A stretch of 64,000 nucleotides of DNA. It comes from a virus. A program made the position numbers and the translations under genes. The notes under the pieces are model-generated. The model searched no databases. It was not told where the DNA came from and saw nothing but the letters and a program-made list of their open reading frames with translations. Positions 10,374-20,507 of the stretch are shown here, in pieces. The stretch lies in the IMG/VR virus record IMGVR_UViG_3300030102_007626, positions 32,001-96,000 of that record; one strand, given 5' to 3'. Positions within the stretch are counted from its first letter, which is position 1. Each line of letters begins with the position of its first letter.

Positions 10374-10658
10374 ATGGAAAATGTAAAAATTGCTTTATTA
10401 ATAGTTTTATCATATGTTAAAGAAGCTTTTAAATGGATTGGAAGAAAAATTAAAAGTTTTTTTGTATGGGTATTTAGTAAAACAACTATTGATGAGAAAG
10501 TTATAGAAGTTGCAGAAGAAATATCTGATCGTGCAAAAACTGTAAAAGAAGAATTAAAAGACGTAAAAAAAGCTCTTGGTAATGTTGTAGAACAATCAAA
10601 AGACGTAGCGGGAGCAGTGAAAGGTAAAAAAAGAAGAGGTAGACCTAAAAAATCTTAA
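10374..10658 (+). CDS. Small membrane-anchored/coiled-coil protein with C-terminal AT-hook-like RRGRPKK
   Basis: 94 aa; ATATGTATAA at 10349 upstream. Confidence 0.6.
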   Translation: MENVKIALLIVLSYVKEAFKWIGRKIKSFFVWVFSKTTIDEKVIEVAEEISDRAKTVKEELKDVKKALGNVVEQSKDVAGAVKGKKRRGRPKKS

Positions 10659-10680
10659 ATAGCTATTTATATTTTATTTA

Positions 10681-10707
10681 AAAGGTGTACGTTTGTATAC
10701 CTTTTTT
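10681..10707 (+). terminator. Intrinsic terminator
   Basis: AAAGGTGTAC-GTTT-GTATACCTTT followed by a T tract. Confidence 0.6.
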
Positions 10708-10784
10708 ATATTTATACCTGATAATTAATGTTTTATTTTAAAAAGTTTTTTATGAAAATTTATAATTATATAAAAAATAGGATT

Positions 10785-11027
10785 ATGGCTTTTAAAGACA
10801 TGTTTAAAGACAAAAATGATGTAAATGAAAAAAATGTTATAGGATTTTTATCATTTGCAGTGATGGTATTATTTGCTGTTGCTGACCTAATAACAGGATA
10901 TTTAGGTAAAGACTTAGTAGTTCAAGAATTTATTTATAATTCTTTTTTAGTAATTACTTTAGGATGTTTTGGTATAGCAGGAGTTGAAAAAATATTTTCT
11001 AAAAAAAATAACGAAGAAGAAGTATGA
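10785..11027 (+). CDS. Two-TM membrane protein (holin-like)
   Basis: Two hydrophobic helices and a charged C-terminus; start could also be 10728 or 10752. Confidence 0.5.
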   Translation: MAFKDMFKDKNDVNEKNVIGFLSFAVMVLFAVADLITGYLGKDLVVQEFIYNSFLVITLGCFGIAGVEKIFSKKNNEEEV

Positions 11028-13429
11028 AAAAGTTTTTATCATTATTATTGTGTTTAACTACATTTTTTAGTTTTTCACAAAACAATTGCAATTTTGAAAG
11101 TTCTAATGCATACCAACAATGTATTACCGGCCAGAATGGCATACCTGGAGGTCAAGCAATTATTATTTTTGAATGGTTTAATGCTCCTGGAAGTTGTGAA
11201 GTAGCTTCTGTTTCTTATTCAAATGCAGAAGGTGCTGGCCCATTTACATACCCAGTAGGACAGCCTCCTAATGTACCAAGTGGTAATTTTGGTGTGTATG
11301 CAGGACCGGGTGGAGGACAACCTGCACTTCCTACATGGTCTGTAGAGCATTATTTGGTATTAAACTACTCCAACGGAACACAATCTGATACTATAGCATA
11401 CACTCCATACCCATGTATACCTGGTTGTACAGACCCTAATTCAGAGTCATATAATCCATGGGCTAGTGTAAATAATGGATCTTGTGAAGGGGGAAATGGA
11501 AATGGAGATAATTGTGACCCTGGTGATTTTGAAATAACAGTTGAAATTACACTAGATAGTTACCCAGGAGAAACATCTTGGATATTAACATCATTATCTG
11601 ATGGTGGTTCTCCTATACAAATGCCACAAGGAGAATATAATTTTAGTGATATTGGACAAACATATAGTTATCCTGTTTGTATAGATGAACAAGGAGTTGA
11701 ACTTATAATAAATGATACTTATGGTGATGGATTAGCTGGATCAACAACAGGTGGAACTATTGATGGGAATGTTATTATATATGGTTGTAATGGTGAAATA
11801 CTTTGGGAATTACCTAACCCAAATTTTGGATATACAGGATACTCAGGAGCAGTTTTAGGAGTTCCTTGCAATAATATTGAACCTATACCAGGTTGTATGG
11901 ATCCTTTATATCAAGAATATAACCCTGAAGCAAATGTTGATGATGGAACTTGTGAAAATTTACATGTATATGGGTGTATTGATACATCAGCTTATAACTA
12001 TAATCCAGATGCTACTATAAACCAAATAGTAGAAACATGTAATTATACTTTATGGATAGGAGATGCCGCTGCTGATGGTTGGGGTAATTCATATATAGGA
12101 GTATACCAAGATGGGGAAACTTTAGGTACATATACAATGGGACCTGGTTTAAATGAACAAATTTTTCTTATCTCATTAAACACAGATAAACCAGTACAAG
12201 TTTATTACTTTGAAAATGCTAGTCCTCAACAACCACCTGAAGAAGTTGAATTTCAAACATGGCAAAATTCTTTTAAACTAACAAATTCAGATGGTGTAGT
12301 ATTAATGCATGAAGGATCTAATCCATTTGCTAATAATGGACAAGGTGCATTACAACCTTTTGAATTACCTACTTGGACAACTTATTCTGCATTACCTTAT
12401 TGTGGAGATTATTGTGAACCAAAAATATATGGCTGTATGGATACTCTTTCAGTTAACTATAACCCCTTAGCTAATACAGACGATGGTTCATGTATCCCAA
12501 TTATATATGGTTGTACTAATGAATTAGCATTTAATTACAATCCAGACGCGACAGTAGATGATGGTAGTTGTATACCTACAGTGTATGGGTGTATGGACCC
12601 ATTATCTTGGAATTATAATTCAGAAGCCAATATAGATGATGGTTCATGTATTTATTTTGGTTGTATGGATTCGTTAGCATTAAATTATGATCCTAATGCT
12701 AATGTTGATAATGGTACGTGCATATATCCAATTTATGGTTGTACAGACCCCGAAGCATTTAATTATGATCCTGAAGCTAATGTTGATGATGGTTCTTGTA
12801 TACCTGTAATATATGGTTGCATGGACCCAACTGCTTTTAATTATAATCCACTAGCTAATACTGATAATGGATCATGTGAACCAATTGTTTTTGGTTGTAC
12901 TGATTCAACAGCATTAAATTATAACCCACTAGCTAACACAGATAATGGTACTTGTATATTACCTTTAGCAGGGTGTACAGACCCTAATGCCTATAATTAT
13001 GACCCAACAGCAAATGTACCCGATTCATCAGCTTGTTTATATGATGCTGGTTGTATTGGGGGACCAGGTAATCCTTATTGGTTAAATGATGGTTGTTACG
13101 CTTGGGTAATAGATGTTGATATTTATTGTTGTGAAGTAGAATGGGACGCTTCATGCCAATCCATGTATGATTATTGTGAAGCTGGATGGCCTGTAGGAAT
13201 AGATGAAATGGATATTAATGGAATTATCGTTTATCCAAACCCAACAGATAATACTTTAAATATTGAAACTCATTTATCATTTAAATATGAATTAAGAGAT
13301 GCAATGGGTAAACTATTATTAACAGGAGAAAATAAACGTTTAGAATTAGGTAAATATAATGATGGAGTTTATTTTTTAACCTTAATTCATAACGAGAAAA
13401 AATTTAATAAAAGAATTATAAAACAATGA
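11024..13429 (+). CDS. Secreted Cys-rich repeat protein with T9SS type-A C-terminal sorting domain
   Basis: Signal peptide; 11 GC(T/M)D..A.NY.P.A..D.G.C repeats; C-terminal VYPNP...GVYFL...KRIIKQ. Confidence 0.8.
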   Translation: MKKFLSLLLCLTTFFSFSQNNCNFESSNAYQQCITGQNGIPGGQAIIIFEWFNAPGSCEVASVSYSNAEGAGPFTYPVGQPPNVPSGNFGVYAGPGGGQPALPTWSVEHYLVLNYSNGTQSDTIAYTPYPCIPGCTDPNSESYNPWASVNNGSCEGGNGNGDNCDPGDFEITVEITLDSYPGETSWILTSLSDGGSPIQMPQGEYNFSDIGQTYSYPVCIDEQGVELIINDTYGDGLAGSTTGGTIDGNVIIYGCNGEILWELPNPNFGYTGYSGAVLGVPCNNIEPIPGCMDPLYQEYNPEANVDDGTCENLHVYGCIDTSAYNYNPDATINQIVETCNYTLWIGDAAADGWGNSYIGVYQDGETLGTYTMGPGLNEQIFLISLNTDKPVQVYYFENASPQQPPEEVEFQTWQNSFKLTNSDGVVLMHEGSNPFANNGQGALQPFELPTWTTYSALPYCGDYCEPKIYGCMDTLSVNYNPLANTDDGSCIPIIYGCTNELAFNYNPDATVDDGSCIPTVYGCMDPLSWNYNSEANIDDGSCIYFGCMDSLALNYDPNANVDNGTCIYPIYGCTDPEAFNYDPEANVDDGSCIPVIYGCMDPTAFNYNPLANTDNGSCEPIVFGCTDSTALNYNPLANTDNGTCILPLAGCTDPNAYNYDPTANVPDSSACLYDAGCIGGPGNPYWLNDGCYAWVIDVDIYCCEVEWDASCQSMYDYCEAGWPVGIDEMDINGIIVYPNPTDNTLNIETHLSFKYELRDAMGKLLLTGENKRLELGKYNDGVYFLTLIHNEKKFNKRIIKQ
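12431..13036 (+). repeat. Eight tandem ~26-aa coding repeats (GCxDxxAxNYxPxAxxDxGxC)
   Basis: Seen in the translation; three further copies lie upstream in the same ORF. Confidence 0.85.
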
Positions 13430-14487
13430 AAAAACTTTTAATTTTATTTCTATTATTACCCTTAATTACATTTAGTCAAACAGAGTCTAAATTTAAAAAA
13501 ACAGTTAAAAAAGTTCTTAAATATTCTACCTTTTATGGTGCTGTTACTGGTGGAAATTCAATATCTGATGTTAATGTTTATTCTGTAACAAATGGTTTAG
13601 AAACTTCAACTGTTAAAACTCCTTTTGATTATTCAATTGCATTAGGGGTTAGAAAAATAGCTAGGTTTGGTTATGAAAATAGAGCTAATATATTTTTTGA
13701 TGGAACAGAAAAAACATATGGTGATGCAGCTACAATTGGTAGAATAAATGGGTTTGAATATTTATTTGAAGCAGATTGGACAAGACAACAAGGTACATCA
13801 TTTTTAAATCAAGACTATTTTTTAAGATATGTAGCAAAAAACTGGATTGCTAAAGCAGAATACTTAGAAGATGGATTTGCTGATATTAGATATTTTGAAT
13901 CTTCAGAAAGATATAGACAAAAAATAGGAAATAAATTATCTTTTAATATAGGAGCAGTACAACGTATAGCTGAACCTTACGGTTATAACCCATTAGACCA
14001 ATGGTTATTATCAAATGGTAGTTTGCATTATACTGATTTAGCATTACAAGAGGGGTATTCTATTGAGTTTGATGGAAATGGTGGTGTAAATTATTTTAAC
14101 CCTAGTGGAGAATTAGTAGCAGAAAATACCCAAGTATGGGAAGCAGTAGTCATACCAGAAGTATTAGCTGAGTATACAGAAAAAGAAAGAAAAGCATTAA
14201 AATATCAATGGAATCATTCATTAGTAATAGGTTTTGATTTTTATCACTATACTAAAGATTTTTGGGTACATTCGTGGGGTAACGTGATGCCTTTACATTT
14301 AGAAACTAAAAGTGACTATTCATACCATAAATTTAATGGTGGACAGTGGGTAGACTATTCAGGTGGTTTAATATTTGGATATAAAATAACTAAAAATTTA
14401 GGAGTATTTTTAGAAGGTAAATATAATAAATACTGGAATAGAAAATGGCACGATTTTAGTGTAGGAATAAATTATATAATTTTATAA
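13426..14487 (+). CDS. Secreted, probable outer-membrane beta-barrel protein
   Basis: Signal peptide; alternating aromatic strands; ends FSVGINYIIL. Confidence 0.55.
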   Translation: MKKLLILFLLLPLITFSQTESKFKKTVKKVLKYSTFYGAVTGGNSISDVNVYSVTNGLETSTVKTPFDYSIALGVRKIARFGYENRANIFFDGTEKTYGDAATIGRINGFEYLFEADWTRQQGTSFLNQDYFLRYVAKNWIAKAEYLEDGFADIRYFESSERYRQKIGNKLSFNIGAVQRIAEPYGYNPLDQWLLSNGSLHYTDLALQEGYSIEFDGNGGVNYFNPSGELVAENTQVWEAVVIPEVLAEYTEKERKALKYQWNHSLVIGFDFYHYTKDFWVHSWGNVMPLHLETKSDYSYHKFNGGQWVDYSGGLIFGYKITKNLGVFLEGKYNKYWNRKWHDFSVGINYIIL

Positions 14488-14488
14488 A

Positions 14489-14773
14489 ATGGCAAAAGAA
14501 CTAAACGAAGACACAGGTTTTAGAGTAAGTATAAAAACTTTAATAGGTATTGCTTTTGCAATAGCAACTGTAGTAGGTATGTGGTTTGCTTTACAAGCTG
14601 ACATACAAGAAGCAAAAGAATTACCAAAACCCCCCGAACCAGAAGTAACTAGAATGGAATTTGACATGAAAGATCAAATAGTTAGACAAACTATTATGAC
14701 TACTCAAGAAGATGTTAAAGAATTAAAAACTGATATGGATCGCATAGAAGAAAAAATTGATAATCTAAAGTAA
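14489..14773 (+). CDS. Single-TM coiled-coil protein
   Basis: TM segment LIGIAFAIATVVGMWFAL followed by a coiled coil. Confidence 0.6.
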   Translation: MAKELNEDTGFRVSIKTLIGIAFAIATVVGMWFALQADIQEAKELPKPPEPEVTRMEFDMKDQIVRQTIMTTQEDVKELKTDMDRIEEKIDNLK

Positions 14774-14779
14774 ATTATT

Positions 14780-15109
14780 ATGAAAAAGATGTTTTTACTA
14801 CTGTTTAGTATATTTTTTACAATAAGTTGTTATACTCAAATTACTATTAAACATTTTAATGCTTCATGGAATGCTACAAATAATGTTACATGGCTCAAAA
14901 GTTTAACAGATTGTAATGTAAAATATTATGACATAACTAAAAATCCTGAATTACAAAAAAAATATAAAGTAGTAGTTGTTCCAACTATTGTAGTATTTCA
15001 AGATGGAGAAGAAATAGAAAGATATCAAGCAGACATTTCTTTTAAAATGCCCGCTACAAAAAGTGAAGTACAAGAAGCTATTGATGAAGCTATAATGGGT
15101 GGATTTTAA
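14780..15109 (+). CDS. Secreted thioredoxin-fold protein lacking CxxC
   Basis: HFNASWNATN in place of the FxAxWCxxC site; KYKVVVVPTIVVFQDGEEIER. Confidence 0.65.
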   Translation: MKKMFLLLFSIFFTISCYTQITIKHFNASWNATNNVTWLKSLTDCNVKYYDITKNPELQKKYKVVVVPTIVVFQDGEEIERYQADISFKMPATKSEVQEAIDEAIMGGF

Positions 15110-15125
15110 ATTATAAACAAAAAAT

Positions 15126-16037
15126 ATGTTACTAAAAAAAGGATCAAAAGGTAAAGAAGTAAAAGAACTTCAAGAAGCCCTAGAAATAGGAGCAGATGGT
15201 ATATTCGGACCTGGAACAGAATTATCAGTTAAAAAATTTCAAAAAGAAAATGGATTAATAGCTGATGGGGTAGTAGGACCTGCTACATGGGAAGCTATAG
15301 GAATAGATACAGATACTACAGCTGAAGAAACAGAATACACAACTAAAGATGGTTTAATAATTGAACGTCAATATTTAGATAAAAATGAATATGTAAGAGA
15401 TTATGGTAAAATAGAACCATTAGGTTTTTTCCTCCACCACACAGCAGGTTGGGACAATCCATTTGCATGTGTAAATAGTTGGAATAAAGATAAAAGAGGT
15501 AGAGTTGCTACTCAATATGTTATAGGAGGAACTAATGTAAAAGGTAAAGAAGCTAAATATGATGGTGTTGTAGTTGAATGTTTCCCAAATAATTATTTAG
15601 GATGGCATTTAGGTAAAGTAGGAAATTTTAAAATATCAAAACTATCAGGTGGTGTAGAACTTAATAACTTTGGCTATTTAACTAAAAAAGGAGATAAGTA
15701 TTATACTTATGTTAATACAGAAGTTAAACCTGAATTTGTTTGTGATTTAGGATATAAATTTAGAGGTCATCAATATTGGCATGCTTATTCAGATAAACAA
15801 ATTGAATCCCTTCGATTACTAATTTTACATTTAAAAGATATTTATCCTAAAATGGATTTAGAAAATGGACTTCCAAAACTATTAAAAGAAGGAGTTCATC
15901 CAAAAGATGCATTTGAATTTAATTTAGATGCTTATAATGCAAAACAATTTGGATTATGGACACACACAAATGTTCGTAAAGACAAATTTGATTGCTTTCC
16001 TCAACATGAATTAGTTGAGATGCTTAAAGGTTTGTAA
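15126..16037 (+). CDS. Endolysin: peptidoglycan-binding domain plus N-acetylmuramoyl-L-alanine amidase
   Basis: LKKGSKGKEVKELQ..DGIFGPGT..FQ..DGVVGPATW; LHHTAG, WHLG, HTNVRKDKFDC. Confidence 0.85.
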   Translation: MLLKKGSKGKEVKELQEALEIGADGIFGPGTELSVKKFQKENGLIADGVVGPATWEAIGIDTDTTAEETEYTTKDGLIIERQYLDKNEYVRDYGKIEPLGFFLHHTAGWDNPFACVNSWNKDKRGRVATQYVIGGTNVKGKEAKYDGVVVECFPNNYLGWHLGKVGNFKISKLSGGVELNNFGYLTKKGDKYYTYVNTEVKPEFVCDLGYKFRGHQYWHAYSDKQIESLRLLILHLKDIYPKMDLENGLPKLLKEGVHPKDAFEFNLDAYNAKQFGLWTHTNVRKDKFDCFPQHELVEMLKGL

Positions 16038-16060
16038 AATCGCATTTTTTAAAAATACTT

Positions 16061-16087
16061 GGAGCCCTAAAAGGGGCTCCTTATTTT
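16061..16087 (+). terminator. Intrinsic terminator overlapping a promoter-like site
   Basis: GGAGCCC-TAAAAG-GGGCTCC-TTATTTT. Confidence 0.75.
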
Positions 16088-16094
16088 ACATGCT

Positions 16095-17141
16095 ATGAAA
16101 CGATTTTTTCCAATATTAATTTTAATAGCAGCCCTAAGTTTAGCAACTGTAGCTGCTTACTATAGTGTTTTTGGTATTAGTAAATTATTTTCTTCTCAAG
16201 CTAGTGCTGTAATATTAATGGCTGCTATACTTGAAGCTTCTAAACTTATTACTGCTTCTTATTTAGAAAGATTTTGGGAAACTATTCATTGGATAAGAAA
16301 AACTTATTTAATTTCCGCTTTAATAGCATTAATGGCTATAACTTCACTTGGGATTTATGGGTTTTTAGTTTCTGCTTATCAAGAAACGGCATATAAAATG
16401 CAAGCAGTAGATAAACAAGTTGAAGTAAAAGTTAAAAAACGTAATAGATATCAACAACAAATAAAAGATATATCTAAAGAACAAAAAGATATAAATACAC
16501 AAATAATTGAATTAAGTGAAAGCTTAGGTAATAATGTAATACAATATACTAATAGCGAAGGACAACTTATAACTACCCAATCATCAGCAACACGTAAAAT
16601 CATCCAACAACAATTAGATGCACAAACATCTAGAAGAGATAGTTTAACTACTAAACAAGATATCTTAAATGATAGTATAACAAAATTTGATTTAGATATA
16701 CTAAACCTAGAAATTAATTCAGATGTTGCAGCAGAAATTGGACCTTTAAAATATGTTGCTAATATTACAGGAAAAGATACTGATCAAGTAGTAAACTGGT
16801 TTATACTAGTTTTTATTTTTGTTTTTGATCCTTTAGCTGTTATGTTACTTATTTCTGCAAATAAAATATTCTATGAAAATTCTAAAAAAAACATTTATGG
16901 AGAAAAAAAAACTAAAGTTTTAAAGGAAGAAAAAGTAGAGGTAAAACAGGAGGAGAGTAAAGCCGAGCGGGTTAAAGCCCCAACTCCACCCTCTACTGCT
17001 TCTTCTGAAAAGCAACAACTTCAAAATGAAATAGCTAAAATCCAAAGATCTGGAGCTTCAAGTAGAAAAACAGGACAAGCTATAGAAAACTTACAATCTA
17101 GAATTAAAAAAATAGATGATGATAACACTAAAACTTATTAA
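16095..17141 (+). CDS. Membrane protein, multi-TM plus coiled coil
   Basis: N-terminal TM helices, long coiled coil, FVFDPLAV helix. Confidence 0.7.
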   Translation: MKRFFPILILIAALSLATVAAYYSVFGISKLFSSQASAVILMAAILEASKLITASYLERFWETIHWIRKTYLISALIALMAITSLGIYGFLVSAYQETAYKMQAVDKQVEVKVKKRNRYQQQIKDISKEQKDINTQIIELSESLGNNVIQYTNSEGQLITTQSSATRKIIQQQLDAQTSRRDSLTTKQDILNDSITKFDLDILNLEINSDVAAEIGPLKYVANITGKDTDQVVNWFILVFIFVFDPLAVMLLISANKIFYENSKKNIYGEKKTKVLKEEKVEVKQEESKAERVKAPTPPSTASSEKQQLQNEIAKIQRSGASSRKTGQAIENLQSRIKKIDDDNTKTY

Positions 17142-17182
17142 AGTTACGTGTTTTTTTAAAGGTTATTAATTATATTTAGGTT

Positions 17183-17977
17183 ATGAAAAAAGTAAAAATA
17201 TCTCACGAAGTACCATTTTGTTTATTAAGTAAAAGTCTTGAATTTAATGACTATGATTATTGTTTACCTCATTTATTAGATCAAAATGAAGAGTATAGAA
17301 CGTTTTTTTATAATGTTAAAAGTATAGATAGATATGTTGTAATGGATAATTCACTACATGAATTAGGGGAAGCATACAATACAGAACGTTTAATGTATTG
17401 GATTAAAGAAATTAAACCTAATGAATTTATAGTACCTGATGTTTGGGAAAATTATAGTGAATCAGTTAGAAATGCTAAAATATGGTCTCAAATTGAATTA
17501 CCTGAAGGAGTAACTAAAGTTGCAGTAGTACAAGCTAAAACAAAACACTATGCAGCATTATGTACTCAAGTGTATAAAGATTTAGGATATAAAAAAATAG
17601 CATATTCATACGGTGCTTCATATTATAATGATGTTTGTCCTCACCCAAATAAAGATTTTGGTAAAGCAATTGGTAGATATATGGTTATAAATGATTTAAT
17701 GAAAGATAGAATATTATCTCCAACAGATAGAGTACATCTATTAGGTACTGCTTCTCCCATTGAATTTGGATTATATAAAGATATGGAATGTATTGAATCA
17801 ATAGATACATCAAACCCAGTAATGGCTGGTATTGAACAAAAAATGTATTTTGATTTAGGTTTACCTCATAAACCAGAGGCAAATATGAATAATTTTCAAG
17901 ATATAGAAGAAAAAGATGCTAATTTAGAGTTTATAGAGTATAATGTTAAAAAGTTTCGTGAAATAAATGGATTATAG
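17183..17977 (+). CDS. dpdA: DpdA/TGT-like base-exchange transglycosylase (putative)
   Basis: VMDNS, IVPDV, VHLLG and SIDTS motifs in TGT-barrel order; 1.1 kb upstream of queC. Confidence 0.6.
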   Translation: MKKVKISHEVPFCLLSKSLEFNDYDYCLPHLLDQNEEYRTFFYNVKSIDRYVVMDNSLHELGEAYNTERLMYWIKEIKPNEFIVPDVWENYSESVRNAKIWSQIELPEGVTKVAVVQAKTKHYAALCTQVYKDLGYKKIAYSYGASYYNDVCPHPNKDFGKAIGRYMVINDLMKDRILSPTDRVHLLGTASPIEFGLYKDMECIESIDTSNPVMAGIEQKMYFDLGLPHKPEANMNNFQDIEEKDANLEFIEYNVKKFREINGL

Positions 17978-17978
17978 C

Positions 17979-18007
17979 TTGGAGATTATAAGTTTTTTTC
18001 TTATATT
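17979..18007 (+). promoter_or_regulatory. Promoter (TTGG-N19-TATATT)
   Basis: Conserved spacing. Confidence 0.5.
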
Positions 18008-18024
18008 ATCACAAATTAAAGGTT

Positions 18025-18528
18025 ATGTTATACAATACGTCTGATGAAAAAACTGTAAGGCAAAAAATTAAACAGTTACAACCCTTAAATTATAATCAAT
18101 TCTTTTGGTGGAGACGATATACAACAAAAACACCACCATTACCAAAAAAATCAACATTTTTAGATCGTATTAAAAACGGTGAATATGAATTTTCACATTA
18201 TTACTGGCAGTGGAAATTAACTGAGATAGAACTTAATGAAATATTTAAATCTTATGGTAATGATCATCAAAGATTAGTTGAATCAAACCAAGTTGATTTA
18301 GCTCGTAGAAAACGATTAATTGAGGATTTTGAAAAAGATGAAACTGCTAAATTAGAAGCACTACAAAAAGGTTTTTTACGAGAATTTGTTATGACAAAAG
18401 ATGAGTATGAAGAGCATATTATGAATTTTGATGGTACAACAGAAGAATTTTATATGTATTGTTTAAAAACATTTGATCGCTCTGGTAGATCAATAGAAAG
18501 AAGAGGTAGACCCCCAAAACAAAAATGA
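18025..18528 (+). CDS. Hypothetical protein with C-terminal RRGRP
   Basis: 167 aa; AAGGTTATG start. Confidence 0.65.
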   Translation: MLYNTSDEKTVRQKIKQLQPLNYNQFFWWRRYTTKTPPLPKKSTFLDRIKNGEYEFSHYYWQWKLTEIELNEIFKSYGNDHQRLVESNQVDLARRKRLIEDFEKDETAKLEALQKGFLREFVMTKDEYEEHIMNFDGTTEEFYMYCLKTFDRSGRSIERRGRPPKQK

Positions 18529-18824
18529 AAGATAAAATAACTGAACATATAGAAGATTTACCAAGAGAAATTAGTAAAATAAATGTTGATTCTCTTATAG
18601 ATAACTTAACTAACCTCAAAAAGAAATATGAGAAAAAGGGTTATAGAAATATGGAGGTGTCCATACGAGAAGATTTAGGTATTCTTGATATGTCCTTATT
18701 TGGTGATAGAGATTTAACTGAAAAAGAAAAATATGAAGATGAACGAATTAGCGTTATCTTTAGAACCAAAAGTAAAACCTCTAAAGGTGAAACTAGAGAT
18801 GATTTATTAAACCTAAACAAATAA
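18525..18824 (+). CDS. Hypothetical protein
   Basis: ATGA overlap with the upstream gene. Confidence 0.55.
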   Translation: MKDKITEHIEDLPREISKINVDSLIDNLTNLKKKYEKKGYRNMEVSIREDLGILDMSLFGDRDLTEKEKYEDERISVIFRTKSKTSKGETRDDLLNLNK

Positions 18825-18825
18825 G

Positions 18826-18918
18826 ATGAGTAAAGAAGAAAATACAGGTTGTTTTGAAGCATGGTTAGGAATCGTAATCTTTTCCATAGTAATGATATTA
18901 TTAATGATGATAGAATGA
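18826..18918 (+). CDS. 30-aa single-TM peptide (MSKEENTGCFEAWLGIVIFSIVMILLMMIE)
   Basis: Hand-translated; fills the gap and has an ATGA overlap with the next gene. Confidence 0.5.
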   Translation: MSKEENTGCFEAWLGIVIFSIVMILLMMIE

Positions 18919-19100
18919 CTGAAAAAGACTTAAATAAAAAAATTGAATTTGAAAAATTCCGTGAAGAATGGAAAGAAAATTGGTATGATTATTATCGTTT
19001 ATTAGACATAGATTTTGAAGCATTTATGTTAATGAAAGGACTAACAATAGAAGAATTTAAACATTTAAATAACGAAGAATTATGGAAAAACATGTTGTAG
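18915..19100 (+). CDS. Hypothetical protein (start revised from 18861)
   Basis: ATGA coupling at 18915. Confidence 0.5.
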   Translation: MTEKDLNKKIEFEKFREEWKENWYDYYRLLDIDFEAFMLMKGLTIEEFKHLNNEELWKNML

Positions 19101-19984
19101 TTTCACTATCTGGAGGGATGGACTCCAGTACATTATTATTACGTTGTCTAAAAGAATATGACACGGTAACAGCTATTTCATTTGATTATGGACAAAAACA
19201 TAGAGTTGAACTAGAACGCGCTCAATCATTAGTAGATTATATTAATAATCTTGAAAATAAAGCAGCAGAAGACGGGCAAAAAGCCCCATATTATCCTGTT
19301 AACTATAGAGTAATTAAATTAGATGGTTTAGTAGATTTACTTGATTCTGCTTTAGTAGATGGGGGAGATGAAGTACCTGAAGGTCATTATGCTGAAGATA
19401 ATATGAAAGCAACAGTTGTTCCAAATAGAAATAAAATATTTGCTTCTATTACACAAGCAGTAGCCCTATCTAGGGCAAACCAAACAGGTGAAGGTTGTGA
19501 TATTGCACTTGGTATTCATGCAGGTGATCATGCTATTTACCCTGATTGTAGACAAGAATTTAGAGACGCAGATGATGCTGCTTTTAGAATAGGTAATTGG
19601 AATGCTGATAAAGTAGGTTATTTTACACCTTATCTTGAAGGTGATAAATTTACTATCTTACAAGATGGGGAAAAATTATGTGATTATTTAGGTTTAGATT
19701 TTGATGAAGTTTATAAACGAACAAATACAAGCTATAAACCTATTAAACATTATGATAAAACAGGACCTGTAGCATGGGAAACACACAACCCTACAAGATG
19801 GAAATGGTACTCAGATTATAAATCAGCTTCATCAGTAGAGAGAGTAGAAGCATTTATTAAATTAGGAAGACCTGATCCTGTAGCATACGCAGATGAAACA
19901 GGACCTGTAGAATGGGAAACAGCAAGAATATATGTTGAACAAGTACTCTCAGAGTATGAAAAAGAACAATTTAACGTAAAATAA
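19082..19984 (+). CDS. queC: 7-cyano-7-deazaguanine (preQ0) synthase
   Basis: SLSGGMDS, FDYGQKH, VVPNRN, YPDCR. Confidence 0.92.
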   Translation: MEKHVVVSLSGGMDSSTLLLRCLKEYDTVTAISFDYGQKHRVELERAQSLVDYINNLENKAAEDGQKAPYYPVNYRVIKLDGLVDLLDSALVDGGDEVPEGHYAEDNMKATVVPNRNKIFASITQAVALSRANQTGEGCDIALGIHAGDHAIYPDCRQEFRDADDAAFRIGNWNADKVGYFTPYLEGDKFTILQDGEKLCDYLGLDFDEVYKRTNTSYKPIKHYDKTGPVAWETHNPTRWKWYSDYKSASSVERVEAFIKLGRPDPVAYADETGPVEWETARIYVEQVLSEYEKEQFNVK

Positions 19985-20445
19985 TGAAACATCAATCAAC
20001 TAAAATATTTGACGGATTCAGTACAGTATTTCGTCAATGGAGAGCAAAAGAAACACATTGTAGTTATTTACATGGATATGGAGTATCATTTAAAGTAACA
20101 TTTGAAGGTCAACTTGATCATAGGAATTGGGTTTGGGATTTTGGTGGTATGAAAAGAGCTAAAACCCAAATAGATGGTATGTCCCCAAAAGCTTGGATGG
20201 ATTACATGTTTGATCATACTTTAATTGCTGCAAATGATGACCCAGAACTAGATTCATTTAGAATGATGGATGCACAAGGAATAATCCAATTAAGAGTAGT
20301 AGATGATACTGGTGCAGAAAAATTTGCTGAGTATATTTATAATAAGTTAAATAGTTTTGTTGAAGAAGAAACAGATGGTAGAGTAAGAGTCACCCAAGTT
20401 GAATTTATGGAACATGGAAAAAACACAGCGATTTATGGAGAATAA
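19984..20445 (+). CDS. queD: 6-carboxy-5,6,7,8-tetrahydropterin synthase
   Basis: HCSYLHGY, WVWDFG, FDH, GAEKFAE. Confidence 0.88.
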   Translation: MKHQSTKIFDGFSTVFRQWRAKETHCSYLHGYGVSFKVTFEGQLDHRNWVWDFGGMKRAKTQIDGMSPKAWMDYMFDHTLIAANDDPELDSFRMMDAQGIIQLRVVDDTGAEKFAEYIYNKLNSFVEEETDGRVRVTQVEFMEHGKNTAIYGE

Positions 20446-20506
20446 TTACTGGTATGTGACTACAACTTATAGCAATTTTAAATTTAAATACATTTTAGTA
20501 AAATAA
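20435..20506 (+). CDS. Possible 23-aa peptide (MENNYWYVTTTYSNFKFKYILVK)
   Basis: Fills the queD-queE gap exactly; hand-translated. Confidence 0.25.
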   Translation: MENNYWYVTTTYSNFKFKYILVK

Positions 20507-20507
20507 T

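Noticed and set aside
12431-13036. Diversity-generating retroelement or non-coding tandem repeat
   Set aside because: The repeats are protein-level and diverged at synonymous sites; no reverse transcriptase is in the window.
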